From: a virus
Lineage: Duplodnaviria > Caudoviricetes
Length of the DNA stretch: 26,874 nucleotides
Strand: one strand, 5' to 3'
Virus record (IMG/VR): IMGVR_UViG_3300032087_002889
Coordinates: 1-26,874 of that record
The position numbers and the translations under genes are program-made. The notes under the pieces were generated by a model. It saw nothing but the letters and a program-made list of their open reading frames with translations. It had not been told where the DNA came from and did no database searches. This document shows, piece after piece, positions 25,312-26,874 of the stretch. Each line of letters begins with the position of its first letter. The first letter of the stretch is position 1.

Positions 25312-26874
25312 TTATCCTACTTCTCTGCATTCTATTGATACAGCTCCTATTTTTCTGTTTAAGTTAGTTATCATATAGTATTTAGAACCTGACTCACTCC
25401 ATGTATGACCAAACGGATTTATTGGCATATTATCAAATTTTACTATATCCCCTACTTCCATAGCGTATGATTTTCCTGAGTTAATAATATCGCATGAAAT
25501 AATTTTTTTAATGTCTCCAAATATATTATTATAATATGAATAAAAATCTGCATTTGGATCTGTATTGGGAGTTGTAGCAGGTGTCCCTACATTCATATCT
25601 AAGTTTATATTTTTAATATTTTCTTTAGTTTGTATTTTATATTTAGTTCTAATCTCATCATTAGATGCTGTTGATGTTGATACATAGCTTGAAATAGCTG
25701 GGTGCTTTTCGTAATTAATATCCATTTTACTTATAGTATTATTAAATCCTGATGATGAAATTTGCAAGTTATTAATATCATTTTTTGTTAAAGATATTAC
25801 TTCACCGTTATTATCTTTTGTAGTATACTCACTTGACTGCAATACATGTATAACTCTGCTTGTTCCATCAGGTCTATATTTAAATATAAAACCAAATTCA
25901 TAAGTAATTTTATCTAAAATTGATTGTATATCTTTTGGTTCTAGTAACCAGTACCTAATTTCCCAGTTGTCGATGTGCCTATCATTATGTAAAGCTGTCC
26001 ATCCATCAGGATCAGTTGTATCTAAGCCTACAAATCTAACAAGTATATCTCTTAATGCTTCATGTCCATGCTCAATTAAGTCTGAGCTACCACTATATGT
26101 TTCACTTAACCCATCATTAGCAACGTATAATATATCTTCAGGTTCTTCTGAGACTCTTTGAGTAATTAAAAATACATCATATATTTTAACTTCTGCATCA
26201 AAAGCTGGAGTTAATCCAAAATCAGGATCAGCGGGATCTGCAACTTCATTTAAATCAAATACCATTTTTAATTTTAATTGAGTTGATTTATTTGCTTGAT
26301 TTACAAGTTCAGTTGTAGCAGATACATCATTACTATTAAAACCTATACCTCCAAAAGCAATATTAACAGTATTGTTACCTACATCATCATTACTTCTGTC
26401 AACATCAATAGCATATTTTATGCCTATAATATTAATTGTATTATTTAAAGATATTAATCTATTGTTATCGTGATCTTCTTTATCACTATCAAAAGCCCTT
26501 GTTACAGTTAAAGTATTAGACGATTTACTCAAAACAATCATTTTTTCATCATCTACTTTAATTACATCTCTATCACTTACATTAGTATCGTCATCAATAT
26601 TTACCCCTGTTTCAGAATCATCTAGATCCTCTGCTAATAAAACATTTATACCATCCGTATCTTTTAAAAAATCATAATCATCTGATGATTTACCTGATAC
26701 AGAATGAAAATTATAATCTAGTATAATTGTTTTGCTTGTATCTTCATTTAAATCTATTGAATAACTAGCATAAGTATTGCTATCTCCATCTAAAGCATTA
26801 TCTGCATTAGCTATAGTAACACCATTATTACTAGCAGTTTCTACTGATTCTGCTCTATGTTTAAAGGATCTAAT
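25312..26874 (-). CDS. Putative tail hub/baseplate protein, 5' end outside window
   Basis: Frame stays open from 26541 to the window end (IRSFKHRAES...); contains IKVDDEKMIV...LTVTR...H module and C-terminal MEVGDIVKF...YMITNLNR OB-like hub motif. Confidence 0.7.
   Translation of the reverse strand: MRSFKHRAESVETASNNGVTIANADNALDGDSNTYASYSIDLNEDTSKTIILDYNFHSVSGKSSDDYDFLKDTDGINVLLAEDLDDSETGVNIDDDTNVSDRDVIKVDDEKMIVLSKSSNTLTVTRAFDSDKEDHDNNRLISLNNTINIIGIKYAIDVDRSNDDVGNNTVNIAFGGIGFNSNDVSATTELVNQANKSTQLKLKMVFDLNEVADPADPDFGLTPAFDAEVKIYDVFLITQRVSEEPEDILYVANDGLSETYSGSSDLIEHGHEALRDILVRFVGLDTTDPDGWTALHNDRHIDNWEIRYWLLEPKDIQSILDKITYEFGFIFKYRPDGTSRVIHVLQSSEYTTKDNNGEVISLTKNDINNLQISSSGFNNTISKMDINYEKHPAISSYVSTSTASNDEIRTKYKIQTKENIKNINLDMNVGTPATTPNTDPNADFYSYYNNIFGDIKKIISCDIINSGKSYAMEVGDIVKFDNMPINPFGHTWSESGSKYYMITNLNRKIGAVSIECREVG

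Overview
AT-rich segment of a tailed dsDNA bacteriophage genome (Caudoviricetes, marine type). The pilin-like gene suggests a Ca. Marinimicrobia host, but that rests on recollection and is unverified. Layout: (i) a leftward late operon (scaffold, major capsid, 1503-aa 17-aa-repeat tail fibre with S74 chaperone, small genes, prepilin-like gene at the window edge); (ii) a divergent rightward terL-portal-neck operon converging on a leftward terS-like gene; (iii) an ~820-bp promoter-rich non-coding region; (iv) a long rightward early/replication operon (peptidase-like, PD-(D/E)xK nuclease, C5 methylase, Rep with internal iterons, Twinkle-like primase-helicase, phosphoesterase, SSB, NinG/NinB-like, AbrB-like); (v) leftward tail genes. 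The main non-coding signals are two complete type I hammerhead ribozymes bracketing one early gene (13081-13139, 13735-13794), a structured intergenic RNA with a perfect 15-nt antisense match to the start of another phage gene, an interlocked bidirectional promoter between the head operons, and an origin-like iteron cluster inside rep.
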